A DNA stretch of 64,000 nucleotides, taken from the NCBI GenBank assembly GCA_043810615.1, contig JBDROA010000092.1, positions 3,235 through 67,234 of the forward strand, given 5' to 3'. This document shows, piece after piece, positions 40,818-49,667 of this stretch (the stretch's first letter is position 1; every line of letters begins with the position of its first letter). The translations under genes and the position numbers were made by a program. Under the pieces are notes generated by a model. The model saw only the letters and a list, made by a program, of their open reading frames with translations, was not told where the DNA came from and did no database searches. This stretch comes from Actinomycetota bacterium. GTDB taxonomy: Bacteria > Actinomycetota > Acidimicrobiia > Spongiisociales > UBA11373.

Positions 40818-41500
40818 TCGCCCACTCGGGGCTGGCCTCCCGCCGCGCCGCCGAGGATCTGGTTCGTGCCGGGCGGGTCCTGGTGGACGGTGTGCCCGCC
40901 CACCTGGGTCAGAAGGTGGACCCCGAGACCGCCCGGGTCGAGGTGGACGGGGTGCCGCTGCCCATCCGGCCGGGCCTGGTCTACTACCTCGTGTTCAAAC
41001 CGGCCGGGGTGGTGAGCACCGCCTCCGACCCCCAGGGCCGCCCCACGGTGGTCGGGTTGGTGCCGCCCGACACCCGGGTGTACCCGGTGGGGCGCCTCGA
41101 CGCTGACAGTGAAGGCCTGATCATCCTCACCAACGACGGGGACCTCGCCTCCCATGTGTCCCATCCCCGGCACTCGGTCCCGAAGACCTATCTGGCACGC
41201 GTCGCCGGCTCGCCCGGGCGCAAAGCCCTGCGGGCCTTGACGACCGGCGTGGAACTGGACGACGGTCCGGCCCGGGCGCTGCGAGTGCGCCTGGTGGGTG
41301 AGCAAGGCGGCGAGGGCCTGGTGGAGGTGGTCATGGGGGAGGGGCGCAAGCGGGAGGTGCGGCGCCTGCTGGCGGCGGTGGGGCATCCGGTGCAGGCCCT
41401 GGTGCGCACCGCCATCGGCCCGGTCCGCGACTCGGCCCTGCGGCCCGGCACCTGGCGCCACCTCACCCTCGACGAAGTGCGGGCGCTCTACATGGCATGA
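40814..41500 (+). CDS. rluB: Pseudouridine synthase (RsuA/RluB family) with non-canonical CTG start
   Basis: An S4 domain (LIAHSGLASRRAAEDLVRAGRVLVDGV) is encoded in frame upstream of the first canonical start (GTG 40883). That frame has no ATG/GTG/TTG between the stop at 40259 and 40883. CTG 40814-16 overlaps the scpB TGA as CTGA. Catalytic motif GRLDADSEGLIILTNDG. Confidence 0.75.
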   Translation: MIAHSGLASRRAAEDLVRAGRVLVDGVPAHLGQKVDPETARVEVDGVPLPIRPGLVYYLVFKPAGVVSTASDPQGRPTVVGLVPPDTRVYPVGRLDADSEGLIILTNDGDLASHVSHPRHSVPKTYLARVAGSPGRKALRALTTGVELDDGPARALRVRLVGEQGGEGLVEVVMGEGRKREVRRLLAAVGHPVQALVRTAIGPVRDSALRPGTWRHLTLDEVRALYMA

Positions 41501-41507
41501 TGCGCCG

Positions 41508-42770
41508 GTGAGGACCTTCCGCCTGCCGCCGGGGCCCTTCTGTGCCGAGCCCACCGTGCCGGGGGACAAGTCCTTGTCGCACCGTGCCCTCCTGCTGGCG
41601 GGGATGGCCTCCGGGGTGAGCCGGGTGGCCAACCTCGGCCCCGGAGGAGACGTCGCCGCCACCGCCGCGGTGCTGCGCTCTCTGGGGGTGGAGGTCGGGA
41701 GCGATTCAGTACGGTCGCCGGGCGTGGAAGCCTGGACGGCTCCCGACGGCCCCCTCGACACCGGGAACTCCGCCACCACCATGCGCCTCCTCGCCGGCGC
41801 TCTGGCGGCGCGGCCGTTCGCGACCACCCTCGTCGGCGACGCTTCCCTGATGACACGCCCCATGGCCCGCCTGGTGGGCCCCCTGGGCGCTCTGGGCGCC
41901 GACATCCGGGTGGGACCAGAAGGATGCCCTCCGGTGACGGTGTGCCCGGGGGTGCTGCACGGCACCACAGTGGACATACCCGTGGCTTCGGCTCAGGTGC
42001 GCAGCGCCGTCGCCCTGGCCGCCCTCCAGGCCGAGGGTCCGACACTGATCACCTCGCCGCCCGGCTTTCGCGACCACACGGAGCGCTGGCTCGAGGCAAT
42101 GGGCCTGGGCCGGCGGTTGACCGAGTCCCGGTTCGAAGTCCTGCCGGGGCCGGTGCCCCCCGCGGCCTACGACCTCCCCGGTGACTTGTCGGCGGCCGCC
42201 TTCCTGCTGGCGGCGGCGGCGCTGCGGCCCGGTGCCGAGATCACCCTGAGGCGAGTGACTCTGAACCCCGGTCGGACGGGGTTCCTGGACGTCCTGGAAG
42301 CCATGGGTGCGCTCGTGTCGCGCTCCGCCACCGGCCTCATCCACGGCGACCCGGTGGGTGACGTCACCCTCACCGGCGCCGAGTTGCGGGGCGTGCGAGT
42401 GGGGAGCGCCGTCGCGGTGCGGGGTCTGGACGAACTGCCTTTGGTGGCCGTCCTGGGCGCAGCCGCCACGGGGGAGACCGTGGTGGAGGGAGCCGTCGAA
42501 CTGCGCGCCAAGGAGAGCGACCGGGTGGCGGCGGCGGTACGCCTGGTGCGCTCCCTGGGAGGCGCTGCCGAGGAGCGGCCCGACGGCTTTGCGGTGCAGG
42601 GCGGGAGCGGGATGCGGGCCGGGTTGGTGGACGCCGGGGGCGATCATCGCATCGCCATGGCGGCGGCGGTGGCGGCGGTGACCGGCGCCGAGGTGACGGT
42701 GGCCGGCTTCGAGGCCGTGGCGGTGTCGTGGCCCGGCTTCGCCGAGGCATTGGAGGGACTGTGGTCGTGA
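41508..42770 (+). CDS. aroA: 3-phosphoshikimate 1-carboxyvinyltransferase (EPSP synthase)
   Basis: GTG start. PGDKSLSHRALLLA, ...LRVKESDRV-like KESDRVAAAV motif; 420 aa. Confidence 0.9.
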   Translation: MRTFRLPPGPFCAEPTVPGDKSLSHRALLLAGMASGVSRVANLGPGGDVAATAAVLRSLGVEVGSDSVRSPGVEAWTAPDGPLDTGNSATTMRLLAGALAARPFATTLVGDASLMTRPMARLVGPLGALGADIRVGPEGCPPVTVCPGVLHGTTVDIPVASAQVRSAVALAALQAEGPTLITSPPGFRDHTERWLEAMGLGRRLTESRFEVLPGPVPPAAYDLPGDLSAAAFLLAAAALRPGAEITLRRVTLNPGRTGFLDVLEAMGALVSRSATGLIHGDPVGDVTLTGAELRGVRVGSAVAVRGLDELPLVAVLGAAATGETVVEGAVELRAKESDRVAAAVRLVRSLGGAAEERPDGFAVQGGSGMRAGLVDAGGDHRIAMAAAVAAVTGAEVTVAGFEAVAVSWPGFAEALEGLWS

Positions 42771-43411
42771 CCGTGGACGGGCCGGCGGGAGTGGGCAAGA
42801 GCACGGTGGCGCGTGCCGTGGCCGCGGCTCTCGGGGCGCCTTACCTCGACACCGGGGCCTTCTACCGCGCCGTGACTCTGGCGGTGGTGCGCTCCCGGGT
42901 GGACCCGGCCGATGCGGCGGCCGTCCTGGCGGTGGCGGCCGCGGCCGACCTGGACTTTTCCGGGGGCGTCATGCTGCTCGACGGCGAACCGGTCACAGAG
43001 GCCGTGCGGGCCCCGGAAGTCGTTGCCCTGGTGAGCGCGGTGTCAGCCTTCCCGGAGGTGCGCCGGGTGGTGGTGGAGCAGCAGCGGGCCTGGGTAGCCC
43101 GTCGCGGGGGGCGGGCCGTGGTGGAGGGGCGAGACATCGGTACCGTGGTCTTTCCCGAGGCCCCGGTGAAGGTGTACCTCACCGCCGACGCCGCCGAGCG
43201 GGCCCGCCGCCGGGCCAGCGACCCCGAGGCGGCGGGGCAGTCGGTAGAGGTCATCGAGGCGCAACTGCGCTCCCGTGACTATGCCGATTCGACCCGGGAG
43301 GCTTCGCCGCTGCGCCCCGCCGACGACGCGGTCACCATCGACACCACCGCCTTGACCGTGGAGCAGGTAGTACGGGTAGTCATCGGCCTGGTCGCCGAGG
43401 CTGAGGGGTAG
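42761..43411 (+). CDS. cmk: Cytidylate kinase
   Basis: VVVTVDGPAGVGKST P-loop. Start GTG 42761 (or GTG 42767 forming GTGA with the aroA stop). Confidence 0.85.
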   Translation: MVVTVDGPAGVGKSTVARAVAAALGAPYLDTGAFYRAVTLAVVRSRVDPADAAAVLAVAAAADLDFSGGVMLLDGEPVTEAVRAPEVVALVSAVSAFPEVRRVVVEQQRAWVARRGGRAVVEGRDIGTVVFPEAPVKVYLTADAAERARRRASDPEAAGQSVEVIEAQLRSRDYADSTREASPLRPADDAVTIDTTALTVEQVVRVVIGLVAEAEG

Positions 43412-43435
43412 GCGGCAGGGCCGGGGGATCCGGCC

Positions 43436-44494
43436 TCAATCGGCGGCCAGGAGTTCCAGGGCGCGGGAGGCCCCCCAGGACCGGTCGTCGTCGAGCAACC
43501 CGGGGCGGCTCGGGTTGCGGGCGCTGCAGCCTCCCTCCACCGCCGCCTGCAGGGCGGCCAGGAGGGCGCGCAATTGGGGCGGGGGCGGGAAGTACTCCTC
43601 CTCGGTGGTTACGCGCACTACCTCGACCCCCTCGGACGCCGCCAGGGCATCGACCACCGCCCGCACCGACCCGTCCGGGGCCGAGGCCCCGGCCGTCACC
43701 CCCACCACCCGCGCCCCGGCGGGCCAGGTCGAGTCGATGGACGCCGGGCCCTCCACCCGGTGGGCCGCCGCTCCGAAGGCCCGGGCCACCCGCACCAGGG
43801 CCCGGGTGTTCGAGGAGTTGGCGCTGCCCACCACCAGCACCAGGTCGGTTCGCCGGGCCAGCGCCTCGACGGCGCTCTGCCGGTTGGTGGTGGCGTAGCA
43901 GAGATCGCTCCGGCGCGCGGTCCATAGAGCGGGGAAGCGCTCGGAGGCGGCGGTGAGCACCCCCTGCCACTCGTGGTGGCCCAGGGTGGTCTGCGCCAGG
44001 AGGGCCACCCGCGCCGGGTCGGGCGCACTGAAGCCGCCCAGGCCGGCCTCGGGATCTACCAGGGTCACCGCCCCCGGCGCCTCCGCGATGGTGCCCACCG
44101 CCTCGTCGTGGCCCTCATGTCCCACGTAGAGCACCTGGTAGCCGGCCGCCGCCAGGCGCCGCACCTCGTGGTGAACCTTGGTGACCAGGGGGCAGACGGC
44201 GTCCACCACGACCGCCCCGCGTCGCTGCGCCTCCCGTACCACGGCGGGGGCGGACCCGTGGGCGGAGAGCATCAGGGGGGCGCCCGGCGGCACCGCGGCG
44301 ATCTCCTCGACGAACACCACTCCGGCGGCTTCGAAGACGGCGACCACGGCGGAGTTGTGGACGATCTGGTGATAGCAGTAGACCGGGGGGGGGAAGACCC
44401 GGGTCATCCAGGTGAGGGCCTTGATGGCCATCTCCACGCCGGCGCAGAACCCCCGGGGCTCGGCCAGCAGCACCTGCTCCACCATGGCGGGCAT
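43436..44494 (-). CDS. ispH: 4-hydroxy-3-methylbut-2-enyl diphosphate reductase
   Basis: MPAMVEQVLLAEPRGFCAGVEMAI N-terminus (conserved Cys), HGSAP..., VVGSANSSNT; 352 aa from ATG 44494. Confidence 0.85.
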   Translation of the reverse strand: MPAMVEQVLLAEPRGFCAGVEMAIKALTWMTRVFPPPVYCYHQIVHNSAVVAVFEAAGVVFVEEIAAVPPGAPLMLSAHGSAPAVVREAQRRGAVVVDAVCPLVTKVHHEVRRLAAAGYQVLYVGHEGHDEAVGTIAEAPGAVTLVDPEAGLGGFSAPDPARVALLAQTTLGHHEWQGVLTAASERFPALWTARRSDLCYATTNRQSAVEALARRTDLVLVVGSANSSNTRALVRVARAFGAAAHRVEGPASIDSTWPAGARVVGVTAGASAPDGSVRAVVDALAASEGVEVVRVTTEEEYFPPPPQLRALLAALQAAVEGGCSARNPSRPGLLDDDRSWGASRALELLAAD

Positions 44495-44583
44495 GCTAGG
44501 GAGGCGCTCTGCCAATCCGGGGGGACCTATCCTGGGATCGTGCCCCATGCCGCTTCACCCTGGGCTGCCGCCCGGAGCCGTTC

Positions 44584-45918
44584 GTGACCCGCCTCCCGGT
44601 GGTGGCGGTCGTGGGACGGCCCAATGTGGGGAAGTCCACTCTGGTGAACCGGGTCTTGCGCCGGCGGGCCGCGGTGGTCGAGGAGAAGCCCGGTGTCACC
44701 CGCGACCGCAAGGAGTTCACCGCCGAGTGGGCCGGTCGGTACTTCATCCTGGTGGACACGGGCGGTTGGGCAGTCAAGGGCGACGACCTCGTCGCCGGCA
44801 TCCGTCACCAGGCTGAAGCCGCTCTGGGCACCGCCGACGTGGTGGTGTTCGTGGCCGACGCCACCACCCACTACACCGAAGACGACCTGGCCGTGGCCCG
44901 CCTCGCCCAGGCGTCGGGGGTGCCGGCGGTCCTGGCCGCCAACAAGGCCGACGGCCCCGGGGTGGACCTCGAAGTGGGGCACCTGTGGGGCCTCGGATTG
45001 GGCCAGCCGTATCCGATAAGCGCCTTGCACGGCCGGGGGACCGGGGACCTGCTCGACGCCATCGTGGCCCGCCTGCCGGAACCGGAGGGCGAGGAGGGCC
45101 CCCCCGGAGAGCGCCTCCCCACGCTGGCCATCCTCGGCCGCCCGAACGTGGGGAAGTCGACCCTGCTGAACCGGCTGCTGGGGGAAGAGCGGGTCCTCGT
45201 GTCGCCCGAGCCGGGCACCACTCGCGACCCTATCGACGCCGTGGTGGAACTGGACGGCGAGCCCTTCCGGGTGTGGGACACGGCCGGCATCCGTCGGACC
45301 AGCCGGGTCGATGAGGCGACGGAGTTCTACTCGGTCCAGCGAGCGCGCCAGGCCTTGGGCGCGGCCGACATCGCCCTGCTCGTGGCCGACGCCACTCAGG
45401 GGATCACCCACCAGGAGCAGCGCCTGGCCGAGGAGATCGCCGCCGCCGGGGCCGGGCTGATCATCCTGCTGAACAAGTGGGACGCCGCCGACCCCGAGGC
45501 CAAGGAGACCACCGAGGACGGCACGGGCGACCGCCTGGGCTTCGTCGGCTGGGCCCCGGTGCTCCGAGTGGCGGCGATCACGGGGTCCCGCCTCCATCGC
45601 CTGCCCGCCGCCGTACGCGCCGTGCTGGAGGCCCGGCGCTCTCGGGTGCCCACTCCCGAGCTCAATCGCCACGTCAGGAGCTGGCAGGAGGCCCATCCCG
45701 CCCCGACCCGCAAGGGCCGGCGGGCCCGCATCATGTACGCAGTGCAAGCCGGAGTGGAGCCCCCCACCTTCGTTCTGTTCGTTCGGGGCGGCGAACTGAG
45801 CCCCGACTACCTCCGGTTCCTCGAAGGCCGCCTGCGGGGGGAGTACGACTTCGTGGGCACCCCGCTGCGCCTGGTGGCCCGTTCGCGGCGGCAGCGGGAG
45901 GACCGGCCGGGGGAGTAG
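44584..45918 (+). CDS. der: Ribosome-biogenesis GTPase Der (EngA), tandem GTPase domains + KH-like domain
   Basis: Two G-domains: GRPNVGKSTL ... DTGG, and GRPNVGKSTLLN ... DTAG. 444 aa. Confidence 0.9.
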   Translation: MTRLPVVAVVGRPNVGKSTLVNRVLRRRAAVVEEKPGVTRDRKEFTAEWAGRYFILVDTGGWAVKGDDLVAGIRHQAEAALGTADVVVFVADATTHYTEDDLAVARLAQASGVPAVLAANKADGPGVDLEVGHLWGLGLGQPYPISALHGRGTGDLLDAIVARLPEPEGEEGPPGERLPTLAILGRPNVGKSTLLNRLLGEERVLVSPEPGTTRDPIDAVVELDGEPFRVWDTAGIRRTSRVDEATEFYSVQRARQALGAADIALLVADATQGITHQEQRLAEEIAAAGAGLIILLNKWDAADPEAKETTEDGTGDRLGFVGWAPVLRVAAITGSRLHRLPAAVRAVLEARRSRVPTPELNRHVRSWQEAHPAPTRKGRRARIMYAVQAGVEPPTFVLFVRGGELSPDYLRFLEGRLRGEYDFVGTPLRLVARSRRQREDRPGE

Positions 45919-45955
45919 GGCATGCCCCGCCCCCGGCGTTACACTGCGCCGGTCC

Positions 45956-46030
45956 CGGGCTGTGGCGCAGCTTGGTTAGCGCGCTTGACTGGGGGTCAAG
46001 AGGTCGCCGGTTCGAATCCGGCCAGCCCGA
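45956..46030 (+). tRNA. tRNA-Pro (anticodon GGG)
   Basis: Acceptor stem CGGGCTG/CAGCCCG. D-arm GCGC-AGCTTGGTTA-GCGC. Anticodon stem CTTGA/TCAAG with loop CTGGGGG (anticodon GGG). T-arm GCCGG-TTCGAAT-CCGGC. Discriminator A; CCA not encoded. Confidence 0.85.
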
Positions 46031-46033
46031 CCC

Positions 46034-46054
46034 GGCCCGGCCCGCCGCCGGGCC
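46034..46054 (+). terminator. GC-rich hairpin directly after tRNA-Pro (GGCCCGGC-ccgcc-GCCGGGCC)
   Basis: Perfect 8-bp stem with 5-nt loop, followed by CCACATATCGG; a weak intrinsic-terminator candidate. Confidence 0.25.
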
Positions 46055-46115
46055 CCACATATCGGCCGCCAGTCCCGCCGCGTAGGCGGAGACCTGCCAG
46101 GAGGGCCCACCGCCG

Positions 46116-46763
46116 ATGAGCGACAAGATCGAGTTCACCCGCAACTACCACGACCAGAGCACGGACGAGGGCTTCCAGTTCGAGTTCGTCTGCGATCGTT
46201 GCGACACCGGGTTCCGCACTCCCTTCGACACCTACGTCGCGGCCCGGGTGGCGGGAGGCCTTCAAACCGCTTCCAGCCTGCTCGGCGGTCTCTTCGGGCG
46301 CGCCGCCGAGGTCACCGAGCAGGTACGCTCGGCCGCCTGGGAGAAGGCTCACGACAAAGCGTTTCGCGAGGCTGCGGCGACGCTGAAGCCCGACTTCCGC
46401 CAGTGCCCGCGGTGCTCGGCGTGGGTGTGCCGCCGCCAGTGCTGGAATGACGGCAAGGGCCTCTGCAAGAGCTGCGCCCCTGACCTCGGCGTCGAGATGG
46501 CCGCCGCCCAATCCTCGCGGACGGTGGAGGAGATCTGGGCCCACTCCAAGGTGGCCGAAGAGGACCGCGCCATGCTGACCGAGGAATCGTGGCGGGAAGG
46601 GGCCACCGCTTCCTGCCCGCGGTGCGAGGCCCCGCTTCCGGCCAAGACCAAGTTCTGCCCCGACTGCGGCGCCCGCATCGGCGAGGCGGGGGCCTGCGCC
46701 AAGTGTGGCGCCAAGCTGGAGTCCGGCGCCAAGTTCTGCGGGGAGTGCGGCACCAAGGCGTAG
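46116..46763 (+). CDS. Multi zinc-ribbon protein (uncharacterised)
   Basis: Three Cys clusters: CDRCDTGF; CPRCSAWVCRRQCW...CKSC; and a C-terminal double zinc ribbon CPRCEAPLPAKTKFCPDCGARIGEAGACAKCGAKLESGAKFCGECG. 215 aa. Confidence 0.55.
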   Translation: MSDKIEFTRNYHDQSTDEGFQFEFVCDRCDTGFRTPFDTYVAARVAGGLQTASSLLGGLFGRAAEVTEQVRSAAWEKAHDKAFREAAATLKPDFRQCPRCSAWVCRRQCWNDGKGLCKSCAPDLGVEMAAAQSSRTVEEIWAHSKVAEEDRAMLTEESWREGATASCPRCEAPLPAKTKFCPDCGARIGEAGACAKCGAKLESGAKFCGECGTKA

Positions 46764-46889
46764 CGATGGAAGCGTGGAGCCCGGTGCCCCCCCGGCCGCG
46801 GAGAGTCACCGGGTGAGCCGATGCCGGCGCCTCGGTGTCCTGCCCCGCTCGGCTCGGCAGAACGCGCTGGTGAGAGGAAGGAAGCCCTG

Positions 46890-48065
46890 ATGACGGCGTA
46901 CGGAGTGTTGGGAGCGGGACGGCAGGGCACCGCCGCCGGCTACGACCTGGCGGTCCACGGCGGAGCCACCCGCGTCGTGATGGCCGACCGCTACGGGGCC
47001 GCGGCCCGCGACGCCGCGGCCCGGCTCAACGCGCTCCTCGGTCGCCAGATGGTGGAGGCCGCAACGGTAGATGCGGCAGATCGCAGCTCCCTCGGGCGAT
47101 TCCTGGCCCCGCTCGACACCTTCGTCTGCGCCGTGCCCTACACCCTGCTGCTCCCGTGCACCCGGGCGGCCATCGCCGCCGGCACGGGAATGGTCGACAT
47201 GGGCGGCCACACGGACACCGTCCTGGCTCAGCTGGCCATGGACCCCGAAGCCCGCCAGGCCGGCGTCGCGGTGGTACCCGATTGCGGCATGGGCCCCGGC
47301 ATGAACAACACCCTCGGCCTCTACGCCATGGATCTCCTCCGGGCCCGGGGCATCACCCCGCGCCGGGTGCATCTGCGCGACGGAGGGCTGCCCCAGGACC
47401 CCTCGGGGCCGTGGGGCTACCGACTCTGCTTCAACCTCGAGGGTCTCACCAACGAGTACGACGGCCAGGCTGTGGTCGTGCGGGAGGGGCGCATCACTCA
47501 CGTGGACACACTCACCGAGCTCGAGGAAGTGGAGTTCGCGGACCTCGGCACGCTGGAGGCATTCGTCACCTCGGGCGGCACCTCGACCGTCCCCTTCGCT
47601 TTCGAGGGCGTGCTCGACGCCTACGACAACAAGACGCTGCGCTACCCCGGGCACCTAGCCGCTTTCAAGGCGTTCAAGGACCTGGGGCTGTTCGGCCGGG
47701 ACCCGGTGCAGGTGGGCAAGGTCGAAGTGCGTCCCCGGGACCTGTACCACGCCCTCCTGGGGCCCATGATCGACACTTCCGACCCCGTGGACGTGTGCGT
47801 GCTGCGAGCCCGCGCCGAGGGCGAAGCCGGTGGGCGTCCCGTGGCGGTGGTGGTGGACATGGTCGACCGCTACGACCCGGCCACCGGCTTTGCCGCCATG
47901 GAGCGGCTGACCGGGTGGCACGCCGCCGTCATGGCCGCCCTGATCGCGGCGGGCGAGATCCCCGCCGGGGTGCACTCCCTGGAGAAAGCGGTGGCCGCCG
48001 GCAGGTTCATGGAGGAAGTGCGGCGGCGCGGCTTCACGTGGACGGAGCATTGGGAAGAGGGCTGA
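46890..48065 (+). CDS. Saccharopine dehydrogenase-like NAD(P)-binding oxidoreductase
   Basis: YGVLGAGRQGTAAGYDL Rossmann motif plus C-terminal saccharopine-DH-like domain; strong RBS GAGAGGAAGGAAG; 391 aa. Confidence 0.75.
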   Translation: MTAYGVLGAGRQGTAAGYDLAVHGGATRVVMADRYGAAARDAAARLNALLGRQMVEAATVDAADRSSLGRFLAPLDTFVCAVPYTLLLPCTRAAIAAGTGMVDMGGHTDTVLAQLAMDPEARQAGVAVVPDCGMGPGMNNTLGLYAMDLLRARGITPRRVHLRDGGLPQDPSGPWGYRLCFNLEGLTNEYDGQAVVVREGRITHVDTLTELEEVEFADLGTLEAFVTSGGTSTVPFAFEGVLDAYDNKTLRYPGHLAAFKAFKDLGLFGRDPVQVGKVEVRPRDLYHALLGPMIDTSDPVDVCVLRARAEGEAGGRPVAVVVDMVDRYDPATGFAAMERLTGWHAAVMAALIAAGEIPAGVHSLEKAVAAGRFMEEVRRRGFTWTEHWEEG

Positions 48066-48170
48066 CGCGGGCGGGGGGGTAGGGGGGCAGGCGCAGGAGC
48101 GCCGGTGAGTGGCTACTACCCTCCGTCCGATGCGGGCCCGCGGCGTCGACTACCTTGAGGAGGTCGGCTG

Positions 48171-48578
48171 ATGCGCCTCACGGTGGCCATGCTCGCCGAC
48201 TCGGCCCAGGTGTCGGCAGGCAAGCTCTTCGTCCTGGGCGGCGCGTTCGACACCATCAACGCCCGGTCCTTTCCCGCCGCGGTGCGCGGCCTGTCGGTGG
48301 TGCTGGTGGCCGAAGTGGGGCCGGGCGATCGCAACCGCGACCTGCCGATCTCCATTCGCCTCTTCGACGAGGACGGCAGCGGCCTGGGAGTGGAGTCGCG
48401 AGGCATGATGCGTGTGGGTGCGCCCTCTACCCTCCCGGCCGGGGCCTCCAGCCTGGTCCCCCTGGTGGCGTCGTTCCTGGGAGTGCGCTTCGCCAGGCCG
48501 GGCGGCTACGTCTTCATCGTGGAGCACGAGGACAAGGAGTTGGGCCGCATCCCGTTTCGGGTTCGGGAGGCGTCGTGA
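48171..48578 (+). CDS. Hypothetical protein (135 aa), translationally coupled to the downstream phosphatidyltransferase
   Basis: No recognised motif. RBS-like GGAGG upstream. Its stop overlaps the GTG start of the next gene (GTGA). Confidence 0.5.
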   Translation: MRLTVAMLADSAQVSAGKLFVLGGAFDTINARSFPAAVRGLSVVLVAEVGPGDRNRDLPISIRLFDEDGSGLGVESRGMMRVGAPSTLPAGASSLVPLVASFLGVRFARPGGYVFIVEHEDKELGRIPFRVREAS

Positions 48579-49144
48579 AGCGGCGGGTCCTCACTATTCC
48601 CAACCTGGTGTCGGCCGTGCGCCTGGCGCTGGTGCCCGTGTTCCTGTGGCTGCTGTTCGGCGCCGACGACCCCCTGGCGGCCGGCCTGCTCCTCGGCGGC
48701 ATCGGCGCCACGGACTGGGTGGACGGCTACCTGGCGCGGCGCCTCAACCAGGTGTCCGAGTTGGGCAAGCTGCTCGACCCCATCGCCGACCGGTTCGCCA
48801 TCACGGCGGCCGTCATCGGAGGCTGGGTCGCCGGCGTGTTGCCGTGGCCGGTGGCAGCGGCTCTGGCGGGGCGCGAATCGATCATCGCCGTCGGAGCTGT
48901 GGTCGCTGCCTGGCGCTGGCAGGCCCGGGTCGAGGTGCGGTACCTGGGCAAGGTAGCCACCTTCGGCCTCTACTCCGCCATCGGCTCGTTCTACGTGTAC
49001 GCCGGGTTCGACCATCCCTTCTTCCTCTGGTGGGCCTGGGCGGTGGTCATCCCGAGCCTGGTGCTCTACTACGTCGTGGGCGCCCAGTACATCGCCGACG
49101 TCACGGCGGCACGCCGCCGGGCGCTCTCGGTATCCTCTTCCTGA
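48575..49144 (+). CDS. CDP-alcohol phosphatidyltransferase family protein (PgsA-like)
   Basis: DWVDGYLARRLNQVSELGKLLDPIADR matches the D-x2-DG-x2-AR...G...D-x3-D motif; 5-6 TM helices; 189 aa. Confidence 0.8.
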   Translation: MKRRVLTIPNLVSAVRLALVPVFLWLLFGADDPLAAGLLLGGIGATDWVDGYLARRLNQVSELGKLLDPIADRFAITAAVIGGWVAGVLPWPVAAALAGRESIIAVGAVVAAWRWQARVEVRYLGKVATFGLYSAIGSFYVYAGFDHPFFLWWAWAVVIPSLVLYYVVGAQYIADVTAARRRALSVSSS

Positions 49145-49163
49145 CGCCGATCAGGAGGAGCGG

Positions 49164-49541
49164 GTGGAAGTCCCCGAGGACCGCCGCTATACGGACCAGC
49201 ACGAGTGGGCCCTCATCGAGGAGAGCGGGGTGCGCCTCGGCATCACCGACTACGCCCAGCAGGCCCTCGGCGAGGTGGTCTTCGTCGGCCTGCCCGAGGC
49301 GGGACGCCGGGTGGATGCCGGGGAAATGGTGGCCGAGATCGACTCCACCAAGTCCGTGGCCGAGGTCTACGCGCCTCTCGCCGGGGTGGTCGTCGAGGTG
49401 AATGCCGTCCTGGCCGAGCATCCCGAACTGGTCAACTCCGACCCGTACGGTTCGGGCTGGTTCATCCTCCTCGGAGCGGACGATACCGGTGCGCTCAACT
49501 CCCTGCTCGACGCCGCGGCCTACCGCGCCCTGGTCGGGTAG
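49164..49541 (+). CDS. gcvH: Glycine cleavage system H protein
   Basis: GTG start with AGGAGGAG RBS. Lipoyl-lysine motif EIDSTKSV; 125 aa. Confidence 0.9.
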   Translation: MEVPEDRRYTDQHEWALIEESGVRLGITDYAQQALGEVVFVGLPEAGRRVDAGEMVAEIDSTKSVAEVYAPLAGVVVEVNAVLAEHPELVNSDPYGSGWFILLGADDTGALNSLLDAAAYRALVG

Positions 49542-49617
49542 CGGTCGGGCCTGCAGCTCACCGCCAGGCTCCCAGACCGGCGCGCCGGCGCAGTCGGGCC
49601 GGGGCGGGCCTCGCCGC

Positions 49618-49645
49618 CTCTCGACCGCCGGTCGAGGGTTTCGGG
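49618..49645 (+). terminator. Hairpin CTCGACCG-c-CGGTCGAG followed by GGTTTCGG downstream of gcvH (candidate intrinsic terminator)
   Basis: Perfect inverted repeat 77 nt after the gcvH stop, with a short T-run. Confidence 0.3.
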
Positions 49646-49667
49646 GTGGGGGACTACCATTGAGGCC

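Noticed and set aside
40441-41106. 221-aa ORF (+, frame 1) overlapping the scpB 3' end and rluB 5' end
   Set aside because: Alternate-frame artefact; ScpB and RluB motifs occupy the other frames.
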